Part shown: positions 61,687-64,000 of the stretch, piece after piece | How positions within the stretch are numbered: position 1 is the first letter of the stretch | Layout of the letters: each line of letters opens with the position of its first letter | Virus record (IMG/VR): IMGVR_UViG_3300027985_000412 | Coordinates: 3,310-67,309 of that record | Source: a virus | Direction: 5' to 3' (one strand) | DNA: 64,000 nt | The notes under the pieces: model-generated | Database searches by the model: none | Told to the model about the DNA's origin: nothing | What the model saw: only the letters and a program-made list of their open reading frames with translations | Translations under genes and position numbers: made by a program

Positions 61687-62073
61687 ATGGAATGTATTTA
61701 CAATGGACGGAAGCACAAAATTTTTTCAAGGGTAAAGATACCCAAAGGTACTGGAAAAAGAAGCCAAAAAGGATTCCTGTATTTTATCCGAATTGGCGAA
61801 GCGACAAACCGCAAATTTAAAATCGGCACAGCTAACGATATTTTGCGGAGAATGACAGAACACGCTGGATATTACAAAGAGCCTATTTACATTTTATGGG
61901 TGTCACCTGTATACTCAAAGTACACCACCTTGAGAATTGAAGATAGGCAAAAAGAGGAATGGATAGCGGCTGAGCCTTGGGAATATCTGGAGAATGACCG
62001 CTTCATAATTCCTCTAGGAGTGGAAGAAATAACCATTCGAGTGCGGCGTGAATATGCGATACTTCTGGAGTAA
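61687..62073 (+). CDS. GIY-YIG superfamily (T5orf172-like) protein
   Basis: GFLYFI...FKIGTANDILRRMTEH...IE. Confidence 0.65.
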   Translation: MECIYNGRKHKIFSRVKIPKGTGKRSQKGFLYFIRIGEATNRKFKIGTANDILRRMTEHAGYYKEPIYILWVSPVYSKYTTLRIEDRQKEEWIAAEPWEYLENDRFIIPLGVEEITIRVRREYAILLE

Positions 62074-62123
62074 TCCAGAAGTTTCCTTATTAGACGTAGT
62101 ACGTCTAAGTCTTAAAGAGAGAA

Positions 62124-62267
62124 TTAATCTCCCTTTTTTCTTTCCTTGACTACATCGGTAATTGCCTTTATAAATGTACCAATGACGCCAATCCATGCAA
62201 GAACAACCACTGCACTTGGAAAAGAATACTGTGCTGCCAGAATTAGGATAATGATATAGAGTAACAT
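62124..62267 (-). CDS. small membrane protein (inverted cassette)
   Basis: MLLYIIILILAAQ...; AAGGA RBS; stop codon in a hairpin loop. Confidence 0.55.
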   Translation of the reverse strand: MLLYIIILILAAQYSFPSAVVVLAWIGVIGTFIKAITDVVKERKKGD

Positions 62268-62268
62268 T

Positions 62269-62502
62269 TTACTTTCCTTCCCGTGGGAGTTTATCATCCC
62301 ACATATAGAGTTTAATACGAACCACTTCTTCATTCCCATCTTGTACAAAATCTACTCCGCCGAAATTGTAAAGATTTCCTTCACAGTCCATATCTTCAAA
62401 CTTAATCGGCGCGAGTTCGTCTAATTGCATTAAGACGTGAACCAATTCTTGTTCTAAATACTTAAGTATTTTTTGTCTGTCTGCTTTCGGTTTAAGTGGC
62501 AT
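62269..62502 (-). CDS. hypothetical protein (inverted cassette)
   Basis: AAGGAG RBS; - strand promoter at 62556-62528. Confidence 0.65.
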   Translation of the reverse strand: MPLKPKADRQKILKYLEQELVHVLMQLDELAPIKFEDMDCEGNLYNFGGVDFVQDGNEEVVRIKLYMWDDKLPREGK

Positions 62503-62780
62503 CTTTGTTCTCCTTTCATTTGTCTATATTATATCAATAGTTAAAAGAAAAGTCAAGTCTAAATGTTAGACGTACAACGTCTAAGATTTCCAAATTTGTC
62601 AAATTTCTTCTCCCCACAGAATTTATTCCCCGTGTCAAATTTTCATCAAACCGAAAAAGAGCTACGATTGTCAAATTTTAATAGAGCTGGAAATGAGCTG
62701 CGTTTTTTTAATTTTATTGGTAAGACCTGCGACCTGGCAAATTTTGCTGTCACAGAAATTTCTGGAAGTGCGCAGACAAC

Positions 62781-62812
62781 AAAAAAGAGGAGAACTTAAT
62801 CGTTCTCCTCTT
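62781..62812 (-). terminator. intrinsic terminator
   Basis: AAGAGGAGAAC / GTTCTCCTCTT stem followed by a U-tract on the - strand. Confidence 0.75.
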
Positions 62813-62829
62813 ACCGCGGAATGTATAAA

Positions 62830-63198
62830 TTACTCTGCTACGGGGAGAGTATAACCCTTCTGAGCACCCTTGCCCTTAATCTTGACTTCGACCTGCACAG
62901 CCTTACCTTCGTCGACCAGCTTGCGAAGCAGCGCAGAAGCCTTCTGTACCGAAATCTCAGCCGCCGGAGCCACATCAGAAGCCGTCACCGGTTCAGTCGT
63001 CAGCATACCAGCCAGCGTCTCCATAATCGGCGCATTCTCCACATCTTTCTTGGACGGAGTATTGCGTCTCTTCTCATTTACCGCATCAAGCTTTGCAACT
63101 TCTGCCTGAGCGAATTCAGCCACATCTGCGGTCACACCTTCCATCGCCAGCACTGCCGTGAGGAACTCTCTCTTTGTCATCTTTTCTTTGTTAGCCAT
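62830..63198 (-). CDS. winged-helix DNA-binding protein (paralogue 2)
   Basis: VTASDVAPAAEISVQKASALLRKLVDEGKAVQVEV...KGYTL is a typical wHTH pattern. Confidence 0.7.
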   Translation of the reverse strand: MANKEKMTKREFLTAVLAMEGVTADVAEFAQAEVAKLDAVNEKRRNTPSKKDVENAPIMETLAGMLTTEPVTASDVAPAAEISVQKASALLRKLVDEGKAVQVEVKIKGKGAQKGYTLPVAE

Positions 63199-63719
63199 TT
63201 GTTTGTACTTCCTTTCAAAATAAGTTTTTTATATCGAGCGAGAGTTACTTCCTCTCTCACTTTCTATCTTTATTATATCAGAGTTTCTGAAACTTTTCAA
63301 ATTTTCAGCTCCTCGATTTTTCTTCGGGCGGCATCTAACGGTAAACGTGTGCCGCCCTATACATACAGGAGGTAAATCCTTGTAGAAATAGAGATTGGTA
63401 GAGTCAATGCTTGCGACTCCCAGCCCTTCAACCATCTTAACGCGGGAACGAAAATGGCAGTTTTCGTAGCCTAACCTCTCTCTCACTTTCTATATATAGT
63501 ATATCATGATTTTAAGAAAATTGCAAATTTTTATTAGCCTTATTCATCACAAATGTGATGGCGCGCTAGTGGTTCGGCAATTTAATTTTGACTCGTTGAT
63601 TTCTGTGGGATGACTGTTTTATAATTTGATTTTGTGTGAAAGTTTGGCGCAGACACATTCTACCTGAGTCCACGATTTTTACCGTAACTATCTGAGCTGG
63701 GAGAGTAAGACTCTCGCCA

Positions 63720-64000
63720 TGTCTACGTAGTTAGTATACGTAATTAGTCTACGTAGAATTATACGTATTATTATACTCCCTATCCGTATACGTTTTACCT
63801 ATACGTTTTACTTATACATTTATCTACACTTATATCTATACGTACTACGTATACTATTTATATACTCCCTGTACGTTTAATTATTCGTATACATAGATAT
63901 ATACATATACTTATACGTAGAACTTATAAGTATATTTTTTAAAGTAAAATAATAAGTAATACGTATACGTATTACTTAGAAGTATATTTATAAGATTTAT
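63720..64000. repeat. AT-rich low-complexity tract with about a dozen TACGT motifs
   Basis: Repeated (TA)TACGT(A/T) and TATAC units; no ORF. Confidence 0.7.

Larger units (their letters stand above)
51143..62556. promoter_or_regulatory. 24 SigA-type promoters, one per cassette, at a fixed distance from the palindrome
   Basis: -35 boxes (mostly TTGACT) at 51143, 51513, 51820, 52112, 52659, 53315, 53914, 54497, 54881, 55255, 55997, 56278, 56590, 57181, 57553, 58062, 58568, 58933, 59513, 59987, 60886, 61254, 61628 (+) and 62556 (-), each followed by a TATAAT/TATACT/TATAGT-like -10. Confidence 0.9.
51114..62584. repeat. dispersed array of 25 palindromes TTAGACGT-NNN-ACGTCTAA delimiting gene cassettes
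   Basis: 19-bp copies start at 51114, 51485, 51792 (ends ACGTCTAG), 52084, 52631, 53287, 53886, 54469, 54853, 55227, 55969, 56250, 56562, 57153, 57525, 58034, 58540, 58905, 59485, 59959, 60858, 61226, 61600, 62090, 62566. All are intergenic and the central triplet varies. Confidence 0.97.

Noticed and set aside
51114-62584. CRISPR array interpretation of the repeated palindromes
   Set aside because: Repeats are 19 bp, the intervening segments are 260-880 bp with whole genes and promoters, and no cas genes are present.
51114-62584. Classical integron attC sites (GTTAGAC matches GTTRRRY and GTCTAAC matches RYYYAAC in some copies)
   Set aside because: The boxes are in the opposite order to attC, the element is much shorter than attC, the flanking G/C is not conserved, cassettes have their own promoters, and no IntI is in the window.
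62821-63375. 184-aa + strand ORF and other antisense ORFs shadowing real genes
   Set aside because: They are antisense to well-supported genes, lack RBSs, and have no recognisable motifs.

Overview
This window is a 64-kb segment of a large, AT-rich tailed phage genome using the standard genetic code. The host is most likely a spore-forming Bacillota (Clostridia-like), given the SigA-type promoters, strong GGAGG RBSs and a spoVT homologue. There are three blocks. (1) 1-14431, + strand: replication and nucleotide metabolism (RecJ, NADAR, DnaE, class III RNR NrdD/NrdG, glutaredoxin, ThyX-like fusion, dUTPase, RuvC-like resolvase). (2) 14481-49598, - strand: a siphovirus-type morphogenesis module from terminase to tail fibre. 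(3) 49928-64000: an accessory, probably early, region built as a regular gene-cassette array. It has 25 copies of the 19-bp palindrome TTAGACGT-NNN-ACGTCTAA separating 24 units of 281-899 bp. The typical unit is palindrome, exactly 9 bp, -35/17 bp/-10 promoter, RBS, one or two small ORFs (or an apparent ncRNA), then a hairpin, often with the stop codon in its loop. The last cassette is inverted between two palindromes. The gene heading the region encodes a PD-(D/E)XK-like protein and has one half-site inside its own promoter. Two paralogous winged-helix proteins are further candidate binders. All product calls come from motif recognition by eye; no database searches were run.
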